A stretch of DNA of 64,000 nt, taken from positions 768,001 through 832,000 of the forward strand of contig CAVTHK010000001.1 of assembly GCA_963734495.1 (NCBI GenBank), written 5' to 3'. Positions within the stretch are counted from its first letter, which is position 1, and the number at the start of each line of letters is the position of its first letter. Positions 50,481 through 61,221 of this stretch are shown piece after piece. Source of the DNA: an uncultured Spirochaetota bacterium. Lineage in GTDB: Bacteria; Spirochaetota; Spirochaetia; SZUA-6; CAVTHK01. A program made the position numbers and the translations under genes. The notes below the pieces were generated by a model, which was not told the DNA's origin, did not search any database, and saw only the letters and a program-made list of their open reading frames with translations.

Positions 50481-52295
50481 ATGCGCGGCCGCATTCTCCT
50501 CGGGTTCCTGGCAGCGGTCTGCCTCGCCGTCCCTGCGCAAGCCCGCGACGCCGATCCCTTGCGCCTCGCCGAAGGGTGGGAGTACCGCTGGGGCGATTCG
50601 CCCGTCGATGCCGGCGGCTCGCCGGCCTGGGCGCGTGAAGCCCCCGCCGGAGACCCGCAGTGGAGGCCGATCGCGCGGCCGAGCGACCCTCCCGGACGCG
50701 CGGGGCGGAACGTCGTGTGGTATCGCATCCGGCTGCCCCGCACGGAGGTCGGCGGACGCCAGGCTCTTTATCTACAGCATTGATCTCGCCGCGGAGCTCT
50801 TTCTCGACGGCAAGCCGCTCTACCGATGGGGCGAGCCGGGCCGCGCGGGGCGGATCCCGTTCCGCGGCTGGCCCTGGCACCTCGTCGCGCTCCCCCCGGG
50901 GTACGGCGGCGGGCTGCTCACGGCCCGTGTCGCCTCGGACTACCGCGACATCGGGCTCTGGGGCGACGTCTTCGTCGGCACCGGGGTCGGTCAGGTCGCC
51001 CGCATGGTCGCGCGCGACCTGCCCCGGCTGGCGGTTGCGGCCCTGTCGACGGCGATCGTCCTGATCTTCGTCGTCCTTTACTTGTTCCGAAGGGGGACGG
51101 CGACCCTGCTGCTGGCCCTCGTGACCGCCGTCCTCGTGGCGCGGGTGGCCACGCAGACCCAGGTCAAGCAGCTCGTCCTCGACGCCCCGCTCTTCTGGGA
51201 GTACGCGAGGGCGACCACATCCTGCTGGCGCGATCCTGATCACGCTGCTCCTCCACGACATGCTCGACGCGAAGCACAGGGTCGTCTCGCGAGCCATCGC
51301 GGTCGCGCTCGCGGCCGTGCTCGCCGCCACGCTGCTCGCATCGGCCACGGGGGCGACCCGCCTGTGCGACGCCAACTGCGGTTCTCGACGTCACGCTGGT
51401 CGCCGCCGTGCGGCGCTCGGCGGCTCTCAGCCTGCGCGCCGCGCTCGTCGGGGGAACCGAGGCGAAGCTGCTCGCCGCGAACTTCGTGCTGTTCGGCCTG
51501 CTCGCCCTCTACCGCACCCTCGTCTCCAACACGCTGCTTCCCTGGAGCGACGAGATCGACTACCTGCTGCTGTTCCAGTTCTCCGCCGGGCTCGCGCTGA
51601 TCCTGTCGCGGCGGCTTCTGCTCTTTCACAACAGGGTCGAGGAGTACGCGGTCAAGCTCGCCTCGCAGGCCGAGGAGATGACGGCGCTCAACGACCGGCT
51701 CGAGCAGAAGGTGGCGGAAAGGACCCGGCAGCTCGAGCGGGCGAACCGGCGGCTGCGCGAGGAGAAGATCTCGCTCAAGATCACCTCGATCACCGACGGG
51801 CTCACGGGGCTGTACAACCGGACGTACGTGCTGGATCGCTTCGAGAAGGAGCTCGGCAAGGCGCGGCGCTACGGCAAGAGGCTGTCGATCATCATGTTCG
51901 ACCTCGACCTGTTCAAGCAGGTCAACGATTCGTTCGGCCACCAGGCGGGCGACGTCGTGATGCAGCGCATCGGCCGGCTCTTTCGCGAGATGGTGCGCGA
52001 GAGCGACCTGGCGGGCAGGTACGGCGGCGAGGAGTTCCTGATCGTGCTCCCCGAGACCGAGGCCCAGGAAGCCGGCCAGGTGGCGGAGCGCATCCGTGCC
52101 GAGGTCGAGGCGGTCTCGTGGTCCCAGTCCGGCATGCGCGTCACCCTGAGCGGCGGGGTCGCGCAGTTCGCGGGTGACACCGCCGACCAGCTTCTGCAGC
52201 GGGCGGACTACCTCCTGTACAAGGCCAAGGAGATGGGCCGCAATCTCGTCATGACGGAGACCGCGGCCGCCGAGCTGCATCGGAACACCGGGTGA
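50481..52295 (+). CDS. Diguanylate cyclase with extracellular beta-sandwich, multi-TM region (7TM-DISM-like) and GGDEF domain; frameshifts near 50770, 51225 and 51400
   Basis: Signal peptide, L..GWEY.WGD, WYRI.LP; TDGLTGLYNR, DLDLFKQVND.FGH, RESD (I-site)...RYGGEEF. Confidence 0.88.
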
Positions 52296-53513
52296 GCGCC
52301 TCGCGGATGCCGGCACCTCATCGCGAGCGCATGCTCGCGGCCGCCCGCGGCCGCGGCAGGCCCCCCGTGCCTTGGGCGCCGCGCATGGACCTGTGGGCGA
52401 TCGCGCTGGGGGCGCGGGGCTCGCTGCCCGCCGGGTTCGAAGGCCTGGACACGGCGGGGATCGCGGACCGGCTGGGCGTCGCCTGCCACGCCGTCACCTG
52501 CGATCGCACGATCGGAACGCCCCGCGAAGACCAGAAGCTGCGCGGCCTCGGGCTCACCAATCACCCGGACTACCCCTTCCGCTTCGAGCTGCGCGGGGTC
52601 GACGTTGCCTTCGAGCACGACGGCGCGGTGCAGAGCGCGGTGTTCCGCACCCCGCGGGGGGTCGTCCGCACCCGACTGCGCACCACTGAGGAGATGAGGC
52701 GCAACGGCATCTCCCTTCCCTTTGTCGACTCCTACGCCATCCAGTCCGCCGACGATCTCGATGCGGTCGGCTGGCTCTTCGAGCACGTCGAGGTCGTGCC
52801 CGCCCCCGCGCAGTACGCGCGCTTCCACGCCCGCATCGGCGGGCGCGGGCTGGCGGTGGCGGCCGGGCCCGTCGCCGCCGCCCCGATGCACCTCGTGCTG
52901 CACGAGCTGGTCGCCATGGACCGCTTCTTCTACCTGTACGCGGACGAGCGCGAGCGCCTGGCCGCCCTCGCGCGGCGGATCGAGCCGGTCTTCGAAGGCA
53001 TGCTCGCGGCCGAGCTCGCGAGCGAGGCCGAGGTGATCTTCTGGGGCGGCAACTACGACCAGGACCTGACCTGGCCGCCGTTCTTCGAGGAGGAGATCGC
53101 ACCGTGGCTGCGCCCGCGCCTCCGGCCGCGCCCACGCGGCGGGCAAGCTCCTGCTCACGCACTGCGACGGCGAGAACCGCGCGCTGCTCGCCCTGTACCC
53201 GGCCTGCGGGTTCGACGTCGCCGAGAGCGTCTGTCCCGGCGCCCATGACGCAGCTTCCCTCCGCGCGCTGCGCGAAGGCTTCGGGCCCCGCGTCACGGTC
53301 TGGGGCGGCGTCCCGTCGGTGGCCCTGCTCCCGGCGTCGATGAGCGACGCGGCCTTCGACCGCTGGCTCGCGGAGCTGGTCGCCGAGATCGAGCGCGACC
53401 CCGCGCGGCTCATCGTCGGCGTCTCGGACAACGTGCCGCCGGACGCGAGCCTCGAGCGCTTCGCGCGCATCGGCGAGGCGGTCGCCTCGGCTGCGAAGGA
53501 GGCACACGTTTGA
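52292..53513 (+). CDS. Uroporphyrinogen decarboxylase (URO-D/MtaA-CmuA-like) family protein; frameshifts near 53110-53270
   Basis: RERMLAA..G....VPW, TPRG, H.DGEN, VWGGVP, GVSDNVPP. Confidence 0.8.
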
Positions 53514-54593
53514 GCCCGCTCACCGGCGTCGAGCGCATCGGCAACATCCTGGCCCGCAGGCCGGTCGACCGCATCGGCGTCTACGAGCACTTCTGGTCCG
53601 ACACCAAGAGGCGCTGGGTCGCCGACGGCCGCGTCCGCGAGGACGAGGACCTGGTCTACCACTTCGACTACGACCTCGCCGATGCGTCCCCCTTCAACGT
53701 GGTGGTCGACCTCGACTTCGAGCCGGTCACCGTGGCCGAGACCGAGGAGACCGTTGCGGTGCGCGACGGAAACGGCGCGCTGCTGCGCAGGCACAAGCAC
53801 CACGACACGACGCCGGAGCACCTCGACTTCGCGGTCAAGCAGCGCTCCGACTGGGAGCGGGTCAGGCCGCTCGTGAGGGCGGAGCGGAGGCGCATCGACT
53901 TCGAGGGATACCGCAGGGCGCGCGAGCGCGCCCGCGCCGCCGGCCGCTTCTTCGTCGTGGCCGCGATGCACGTCTTCGAGATCATGAAGAACATCGCGGG
54001 CCACGAGCACATGCTCATCGGCATGGCCGACGACCCGGACTGGGTCCGCGACATGGTGATGACATTTTCCCGCCTCTACGTGGAGCTCCAGGAGACGCTC
54101 TTCGCGGAGGAAGGGCCGCCCGACGGGCTGTGGTACTGGGAGGACATGGGCTTCAAGCAGAGGCCCTTCATGTCGCCCGCCATGTACCGCGAGATCGTGC
54201 GAGGAGGGCCACCGGCTCACCTTCGACTTTGCCCACGCCCGCGGGCTGCCCGTGATCGTGCACTCCTGCGGCTTCGTCGAGCCGCTCGTGCCGGGGCTGC
54301 TCGCGGCGGGCATGGACTGCCTGCAGGTCATCGAGGTCAAGGCCGGCATGGACCTGCTGCGCCTCTACCGCGCCTACGGCGACCGGCTCTCGTTCATGGG
54401 CGGCATCGACGTGCGCGAGATCATCTCCAACGACCGGCGCCGCATCGACCGGGAGCTCGAGGCGAAGATCCCGGTCGTCAAGCAGGGGAACGGGTTCGTG
54501 CTGCACAGCGACCACAGCATCCCGAACACGGTGGGGTACGACACCTACCGCTACTTCGTCGAGCGCGGTCTCGCGCTCGGCAGCTGCTCCTGA
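53510..54593 (+). CDS. Second URO-D family protein; frameshift near 54205
   Basis: ERI......PVDRI, WEDMGFK..PFMSP, HSCG, MGGID, SDHSIP. Confidence 0.85.
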
Positions 54594-54608
54594 GGCGGGA
54601 GGGAGCCC

Positions 54609-56233
54609 ATGGCGGAGCGGCCGCCCAACATCCTGCTGGTGATGACCGACGACCAGAGGTTCGACACGATCCATGCCCTCGGCTGCGCCGCGATCAGCAC
54701 GCCGACGCTGGACCGGCTGGTCGAGCGCGGCACGGCGTTTGTCCGGGCGCACATCGCGGGCGGGACCGTGCCCGCGGTCTGCATGCCGAGCCGCGCGATG
54801 CTGCACACCGGACGCACGCTGTTCCACCTGCAGGACGCGGGCGCCGCGATTCCGGAGAGCGACACGCTGCTCGGCGAGCACCTGGCCCGCCAGGGCTACC
54901 AGACCTGGGGCACGGGCAAGTGGCACAACGGCACGGCATCCTTCAACAGGAGCTTTCAGGGGGGCGCCGAGATCTTCTTCGGCGGGATGAACGACCACTG
55001 GAACGTGCCGGTGTGCGGCTACGACCCCACGGGCGCGTACGCGAGCCGGCTGCCCATCGTGCCGGACTTCATGGCCTCGAACGCGGCGCTGCTACCGCCA
55101 GGCCGACCACGTCACGGCCGGAAAGCACTCGAGCGAGCTGTTTGCCGACGCTGCGCTCGCGTTTATCAAGAGCTACGACCGCGCGAAGCCCTTCTTCCTC
55201 TCTCTCGCCTTCATGGCGCCCCACGATCCGCGCACGATGCCGGCGAAGTACCGCGATCTCTACGACCCCGCGCGCATCGAGCTGCCGCCCAACACCCTGC
55301 AGGGCCACCCCTTCGACAACGGCGAGCTCGCCGTCCGAGACGAGATGCTGGCGCCGTTCCCGCGCACCGAGCAGGAGGTCCGCCGCGCCATCGCCGAGTA
55401 CTACGCGATGATCAGCCACATGGACGCGGAGCTCGGCCGCGTGATGGCAGAGCTCGAGTGGCAGGGGCTCGCCGGCGACACGGTCGTCGTGTTCGCCGCC
55501 GACCACGGGCTCGCGCTCGGGCAGCACGGGCTCATGGGCAAGCAGAACCTCTACGAGCACAGCGTGCGCGTTCCGCTTCTGATGTGCGGCCCCGGGGTAC
55601 CGAAGGGCGAGCGACGCGACGCCCCCTGCTACCTGCACGACGTCTACCCGACCGTGTGCGAGCTCGCGGGCCTTCCGGTGCCCGCCTCGGTCGAAGGCCG
55701 CAGCCTCGTCCCCATCCTCCGCGACCCGAAGGCCGTGGTGCGCGAGAGCCTCTACTTCGCCTACTCGAGCGTCCAGCGGGCCCTGAAGTTCAAGCGCGTA
55801 AAGCTGATCGAGTACGTGGTCGGCGGCGAGAGGATGACGCAGCTCTTCGACCTGGCGCGCGACCCCTGGGAGAAGCAGAACCTCGCGGGCCGGCCCGGGC
55901 AGCAGGAGGCGGTGCGGAGGATGCGCGCCGAGCTCGAGCGGCAGCGGGACGCCTGGGACGACCGCGCGACCCCGTGGGGCGCGGCGTTCTGGCACGGCTA
56001 CGAGCACCCCGGCGCCGCGAGCGCGAGGCTCACGGTCAGGACGCGGCTGCGCGATCTCGTGGACGACCCGGCAGGCCGCGAGGTGCTCGAGCGGCACCTC
56101 GGAGCGGCGTTCGGCACGGTGGCGGTGCAGGGCTACGCCGGACTTTCCGCTGGCCTTCATGGCCGACCGGATGCCGCACGTGTTCACGGACTCGATAATG
56201 AAGGCGATCGAGGCGGACCTGGCGCGGCTGTAG
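54609..56233 (+). CDS. Cys-type sulfatase with small C-terminal helical domain; frameshifts near 55090 and 56150
   Basis: PNIL.VMTDDQR, CMPSRA..HTG (CxPxR), GKWH, APHDP, ADHG....HG..GK, RVPL, LFDL..DPWE..NL. Confidence 0.9.
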
Positions 56234-56280
56234 CGCGGACGCGCGCGGGCCTGGTGAGCGGGCGATCAGGGGAGGATCGA

Positions 56281-57339
56281 ATGAAGCGTTTCGGCGTGGT
56301 GGGGGCGGGGATCTGGGGCACGATGCACGCGCGCGCATACGCGCAGTGCGGCGACGCGGAGCTCGCGGCCGTGTGCGATCTCGACCCGCGGCGGGCCGCG
56401 GACCTCGCGCGCCGCTATGGCGCGCCGGGCGCGAAGGCGTTCGACCGCGTCGACGACCTCCTCGCCTGCGGGCTCGACGCGGTCTCGGTCGCCACGCCGG
56501 ACGCGTCGCACGCCGACATCGTGATCAAGGCCGCGGAGCGGGGCCTTCACGTTCTGGTCGAGAAGCCGCTCGCGACCACGGTGGAGGAGTGCCGGGCCAT
56601 GGTCGCCGCGGCCGACAAGGCGGGCGTGATCCTCATGGTCGACTGGCACAACCGCTGGAACCCGCCCTATCACCACGCGCGGCGGGCGATCGCCGCGGGC
56701 GAGCTCGGCGACGTGCGCTACGTCTACTACCGCCTGAGCGACGCGATCTATGTCGCGACGAAGATGCTGCCGTGGGCGTCCGAGAGCTCGGTGATGTGGT
56801 TCCTCGGGAGCCACTCGCTCGACACGACCTGCTGGCTCGTGGGGCGCAGGCCCGTGCGCGTGAGCTGCCGCAAGAGCGAAGGCGTGCTCGCGAGCCGCGG
56901 CGTGAGCACCCCGGATCTCTTCGTGACCACCGTCGACTTCGAGGGCGGGGCGCTCGCAGTGATCGAGAACCTCTGGATCCTGCCGGACTCATCGCCCGCG
57001 CTGATCGACCACAAGTGCGAGATCGTGGGCAGCGAGGGCCTGATCACCATCGATCCCACGCACGGCGGCGTCTTCGAGAAGCACACCGCCGCGCAGGCGC
57101 GGGCCGCGGGGGCCGCCGCGCAGCCCGACTGGCCGCTGCCGGACATGCTGGTCGCGCCCGAGATCCACGGCCGGCAGATGGGGTTCGCGGTCGAAAGCAT
57201 CTACCACTTCGCCCGCTGCGTGGCCACGGGGGCCAGGCCCCTCGCCACCGGCCGCGACGGCCTGCTCAACACGATCCTGATCCGCGCCGCCCTCCGCTCC
57301 GCGGACGAGGAGGGCAGGCCCGTCGAGGTGACGGCGTGA
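56281..57339 (+). CDS. Gfo/Idh/MocA family oxidoreductase
   Basis: GAGIWG..H, VATPD..H, VEKPLA, SH.LD; GGAGG RBS before ATG 56281. Confidence 0.92.
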   Translation: MKRFGVVGAGIWGTMHARAYAQCGDAELAAVCDLDPRRAADLARRYGAPGAKAFDRVDDLLACGLDAVSVATPDASHADIVIKAAERGLHVLVEKPLATTVEECRAMVAAADKAGVILMVDWHNRWNPPYHHARRAIAAGELGDVRYVYYRLSDAIYVATKMLPWASESSVMWFLGSHSLDTTCWLVGRRPVRVSCRKSEGVLASRGVSTPDLFVTTVDFEGGALAVIENLWILPDSSPALIDHKCEIVGSEGLITIDPTHGGVFEKHTAAQARAAGAAAQPDWPLPDMLVAPEIHGRQMGFAVESIYHFARCVATGARPLATGRDGLLNTILIRAALRSADEEGRPVEVTA

Positions 57340-58274
57340 AGAGGGCGACGGTCGCCGGCGCCGCCGCGTGCGCTCTGGCTCTCGCCGCCGCCGTCGCGAC
57401 GGCCCAGACGACTCCGGGGCCGGGCGCGGCCCTGCGCATCGGGCTCATGCCCGCGGTCAACTCGATCCCGCTGATCGTCGCCGATCACCTCGGCCTGTTC
57501 GAGCGCGCCGGCGTGAGGGTGGAGCTCCTGATGTTCCAGGACCAGCTCACCCGCGAGACGGCGCTCCAGACCGGGCGCGTCGACGGATCGATCTCCGACC
57601 TCATCAATGCGGTGAGCGCGCGGGCGAGCGGCTTTGACGTGCGGGTGGTGTCCGGCACCGACGGCGTCTTCGCCCTGTTAGGCGCCCCCGGCGGGCGCCT
57701 GCGCTCCCTCGAGGACTGGAAGTCGCGCTCCCGCGTGAGGACCGGGCTCGTCGAGTCGAGCATCGTCACGTTCGTCGCGGAGAAGATGCTGCGCGGCGCG
57801 GGGGTCGACCCGCGGAGCATCGACCTGGTGACCACGCTGCAGGTGCCCACCCGCATGGAGCTGCTGCTTTCCGGCCGGATCGACGCCGCCTGCCTGCCCG
57901 AGCCGATGGCGGCGGTCGCGGTCCGGCGCGGCGCCGTCAGGATCGCCGACACCACGAGCCTCGCGACGACTCCGGGCGTCCTGCTCTTTACCGGCCGCGC
58001 GGTGAGGGAGCGCGGCCGGGAGATCGCGACGCTGCTCGAGGCCTATGACCTGGCGGTGGCGGAGCTCAACCGCAACGGCGACGCCTGGCGGCCTCTCGTA
58101 GTGGCCAGGGGCGGCTTTCCCGAAGAAGCGCGCGACGCCTTCGTGCTTCCCCGGTTTCAGGCTTCGATGCCGCCGACCCCTGAGGAGGTGGCCGAGGTGG
58201 AGGGCTGGATGAAGGCTCACGGCCTCCTCAGGGACCCGGTCGCCTACGCCGACCTGGTCGCCCGCGTCCGCTGA
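57336..58274 (+). CDS. ABC substrate-binding protein (SsuA/THI5/NMT1-like)
   Basis: Signal peptide; LRIG.MP....PL.VA...GLF, G.IDAA.LPEP. Confidence 0.88.
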   Translation: MKRATVAGAAACALALAAAVATAQTTPGPGAALRIGLMPAVNSIPLIVADHLGLFERAGVRVELLMFQDQLTRETALQTGRVDGSISDLINAVSARASGFDVRVVSGTDGVFALLGAPGGRLRSLEDWKSRSRVRTGLVESSIVTFVAEKMLRGAGVDPRSIDLVTTLQVPTRMELLLSGRIDAACLPEPMAAVAVRRGAVRIADTTSLATTPGVLLFTGRAVRERGREIATLLEAYDLAVAELNRNGDAWRPLVVARGGFPEEARDAFVLPRFQASMPPTPEEVAEVEGWMKAHGLLRDPVAYADLVARVR

Positions 58275-59027
58275 ATGCTCGAGCTCCTGGACTGCTCGGC
58301 TCGCTACGGGGCGGCCTCCGTCTTCGCCGGTCTGTCGCTCAGCCTCAGGCCGCCCGACGTGGTGACGGTCGTGGGCCCTTCCGGGTGCGGCAAGACGACG
58401 CTGCTCATGCTGATGGCCGGGCTCAAGGCGCCCGCCTCGGGCGCGGTCCTGCTCGACGGAGCGCCGCTCCCGCCCGGTGACCCCCGCATCGGGCTCGTCC
58501 TGCAGCAGTACGGCCTGTTTCCGTGGTTCACGGTCGAGCAGAACGTCGAGCTGGGCCTGAGGCTCCGCTGCATCGCGGCGGACGAGCGGCGCGCGCGCGT
58601 GCGCTCCGTGCTCGCCCGCACCGGGCTCGCGGGCCTCGAGCGCCGCTACCCCGCGCAGCTTTCCGGCGGCCAGCAGCAGAGGGTCGCCATCGCGCGCACC
58701 CTCGCCCTCGAGCCCGAGCTGCTCCTGATGGACGAGCCGTTCGCGAGCCTCGACGCTTTTGCGCGCGAAGAGCTGCAGGATCTCACGCTCGACCTGCTGG
58801 CTGCGCGGCCGATGATGACCGTGCTCGTCACGCACAGCATCGAGGAGGCGGTCTACATGAGCCGCACGGTCCTGCTCATGAGCCGCGGCCCCGGGAGCCG
58901 CATCGCCGCGCGCATCGACCACGGGGAGCCGGGCCGGCGCTACCAGAGAAAAGCCCGAGGCTACTTCGACGCCTGCCGCTCCGTGCGGCGGGCGTTCGAG
59001 GCGAGCGAGGCGAGCGGCGGTGCGTAG
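58275..59027 (+). CDS. ABC ATP-binding protein (SsuB/TauB/NitT family)
   Basis: [37 protein letters not shown]. Confidence 0.93.
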   Translation: MLELLDCSARYGAASVFAGLSLSLRPPDVVTVVGPSGCGKTTLLMLMAGLKAPASGAVLLDGAPLPPGDPRIGLVLQQYGLFPWFTVEQNVELGLRLRCIAADERRARVRSVLARTGLAGLERRYPAQLSGGQQQRVAIARTLALEPELLLMDEPFASLDAFAREELQDLTLDLLAARPMMTVLVTHSIEEAVYMSRTVLLMSRGPGSRIAARIDHGEPGRRYQRKARGYFDACRSVRRAFEASEASGGA

Positions 59028-59758
59028 GCTTCTCGGCGCCCTGCAGGGCGTGGCGATCGTGCTCGTCGCGTGGCACATCGCCGCGGTCGCCCTGCGCCAC
59101 CCCGCGCTGCCGCCTCCCGCCGCGGTCCTCCGCCGCTTCGCCGAGCTGCTCGCCGCGGACCTCTGGCGGCACGCGCTCGCGAGCCTGGCGCGCGTCGTCG
59201 CCGCGCTGGCTGCGTCGTTCGTGCCGGCGCTCCCGCTGGGGGTCGCGCTCGGGCGGGTGCGGCGGCTCGACGCCGTCTTTTCCCCCGCGGTCTACCTTCT
59301 GTATCCAGTTCCGAAGATCGCCCTGCTGCCCGTGGTGCTGCTGCTCTTCGGCCTGGGCAACGCGGCCAAGGTCGTCGTCGTGAGCCTCGTGCTCTTCTTC
59401 CAGATGCTGGTGGCGGTCCGCGACGCGGTGCGGGCGGTCGACCCGCGCTTCCTGCTCTCGATCCGGTCGCTGGGAGCGCGGCCGGCTCCAGACCTTCCGC
59501 TACGTGCTCTGGCCCTCGCTGCTGCCCGCTCTGCTCGCCGCGCTCCGCGTCGGCTCCGGCACGGCGCTCGCGGTGCTCTTTTTCGCCGAGACGTTCTTTA
59601 CGCGCTACGGGCTCGGCGGGTTCCTCGTCGATTCATGGATGCGCGCGGCCTACGTGGACCTCTTCGCGGGCATCGTGGGGCTCGGGCTCCTCGGCCTCCT
59701 GCTGTTCGCCGCCATCGACCTGGCCGAGCGGCGCTTCTGCCGCTGGCGCGGGTTTTAG
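59020..59758 (+). CDS. ABC permease (SsuC/TauC family); frameshift near 59485
   Basis: LP.P..V, PKIALLP, SLGA, AE....GLG. Confidence 0.88.
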
Positions 59759-60192
59759 GGCGGCGGTACGTCGCGGTACAGGGGCCGCACGACGGCCGCG
59801 ACCGCCTCGAGCAGAGTTTGCGCCGCACCGAGCGCGGACTCCGCGTCGGGATCGCCGTAGACCTCCGCAGGCGTCAGGTCGGGTAGCCCGTTGGGGTACC
59901 TGGTCGGGATGCACATCTTGTCGAGAAGGCGGGCTTGATCGATCATTCTTCTGAGCTCGGCCTTTCGCTCCGCATCCGGGTAATCCTCGACCAGGCGCGT
60001 GAGCGAGTGCCCCCAGGGCTCGTGTCCTTCCCAGAGCCAGAGCGCCTTGAGCGCCTTTTCCCCGGCCTGCTGGCACTGGAAACACGACCATTCGAAGTTG
60101 GCGGCCTTGCGCGAGTTGCGGGCCGCTCCGAGGTCGGCTTGCGCCTGGGCGAGCCAGCGCCGCGCCTCGGCCTTACGCTTCTCCACGCTCAT
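59755..60192 (-). CDS. HEPN domain protein
   Basis: WL.QA..DL..A, F.CQQA.EKALKA, HSL..L, PTRYP. Confidence 0.92.
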   Translation of the reverse strand: MSVEKRKAEARRWLAQAQADLGAARNSRKAANFEWSCFQCQQAGEKALKALWLWEGHEPWGHSLTRLVEDYPDAERKAELRRMIDQARLLDKMCIPTRYPNGLPDLTPAEVYGDPDAESALGAAQTLLEAVAAVVRPLYRDVPPP

Positions 60193-60490
60193 ACAACACG
60201 ACGCCTTCGCTCAGAGCGCCGCCGACAAAAGGCAGCTCCTTCATCCGCTCGAGCTCTTCCTCGCGGTACACGAAGATCTCCACCGGTGCGTCGAGCGCCT
60301 CCGAGAGGTCCGAGAAGTACTTGTCGAGGCGATCGAGATAGCGGCGGTCTTCGTCGTCGACGATGAGGATGTCCACGTCGGACCGTGCGTCCGCCGTGCC
60401 CCTTGCGTGGGAACCGAAGAGGATCGCCCTGCGCGCACCCCGCTTTGCGAAGATCGGAGCGACGCGGCGCTTGATCTCGAGCGCGTCCAC
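60173..60490 (-). CDS. Minimal nucleotidyltransferase (MNT)
   Basis: LFGSHARG.A...SDVDIL (GSx10DxD); overlaps the HEPN start. Confidence 0.92.
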   Translation of the reverse strand: MDALEIKRRVAPIFAKRGARRAILFGSHARGTADARSDVDILIVDDEDRRYLDRLDKYFSDLSEALDAPVEIFVYREEELERMKELPFVGGALSEGVVLYERGEA

Positions 60491-60570
60491 TGCCGAAGTG
60501 TAGGCCCGCGGCAAAGGCCCGGTCAAGAAGCTTCAAGAAGCCGCCGGGTCGAGACCGGTCGAACTCGCGC

Positions 60571-61198
60571 TCAGCCGATGAGGCGCCGGGTCTCGGCCGC
60601 GAGCGCTGCGGCGAGCTTCGCGTGATGCTCCGGCGCCCAGTGCACGCCGTCGATGTCGCTGCTCTTCACTACCGAGCCCGCGTCGAAGAAGGGGCAGCCG
60701 AGCAGCTCGGCCCGCTCGCGGAAGCGGGCGCCGAGCTGGCGGGACTTCTCGGTGCCGCCGCTGAACATCTCCGCGAGCTCCGTGAGCTTTCCGAGCGGCG
60801 GCGGCGCGACCAGCAGCACCTCCGGCGGCCGGCCCGCCGGGCCGGTGTCGCTCTTGCGCACCGCCTCGACGAGGCGTCCCGCCGACTGCGCGACGTCGTA
60901 GGCGGTCACGGCGAAGCGCTGCTTGAGGTCGTTGACGCCTAACAGGATGATGACGAGGTCCAGCGGCTTATGGCTCTCCAGGCAGGGCACGAGGTAGCGC
61001 AGCCCGTTCTTGTCGCCCGAGACCGGGTCGTCCCAGACCGTCGTGCGCGCGTTCTGGCCCTCCTCGATCACGTGCCAGGCGGCGCCGAGCTCGCCGCTGG
61101 AGCGCGCCGGTCCAGCGCACTTCGCGCGGGTAGCGGGTCTTGTCCACGGGGTTGTAGCCCCACGTGTTGGAGTCGCCGAAACAGAGCACTTCCTTCAC
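60571..61198 (-). CDS. SGNH/GDSL arylesterase-like hydrolase; frameshift near 61095
   Basis: FGDSNTWG, EEG.N.RTT, LGVND, DGVH. Confidence 0.9.
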
Positions 61199-61221
61199 GG
61201 TGTCCTCGCAGTGCGCGGATT

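Noticed and set aside
55213..57339. Apparent 708-aa sulfatase-Gfo/Idh/MocA fusion in the ORF track
   Set aside because: An indel near 56150 bypasses the sulfatase stop (TAG 56231-56233); the oxidoreductase has its own GGAGG RBS and ATG at 56281
9777..61198. Many frameshifted genes (SBP, DUF6675-like, APC, SbcC-like, DMT, GGDEF, both URO-D, sulfatase, permease, arylesterase) read as pseudogenes or programmed frameshifts
   Set aside because: The indels are single-base, often in G/C runs, with intact motifs and no premature in-frame stops or slippery heptamers seen. This fits long-read assembly error; read mapping would be decisive
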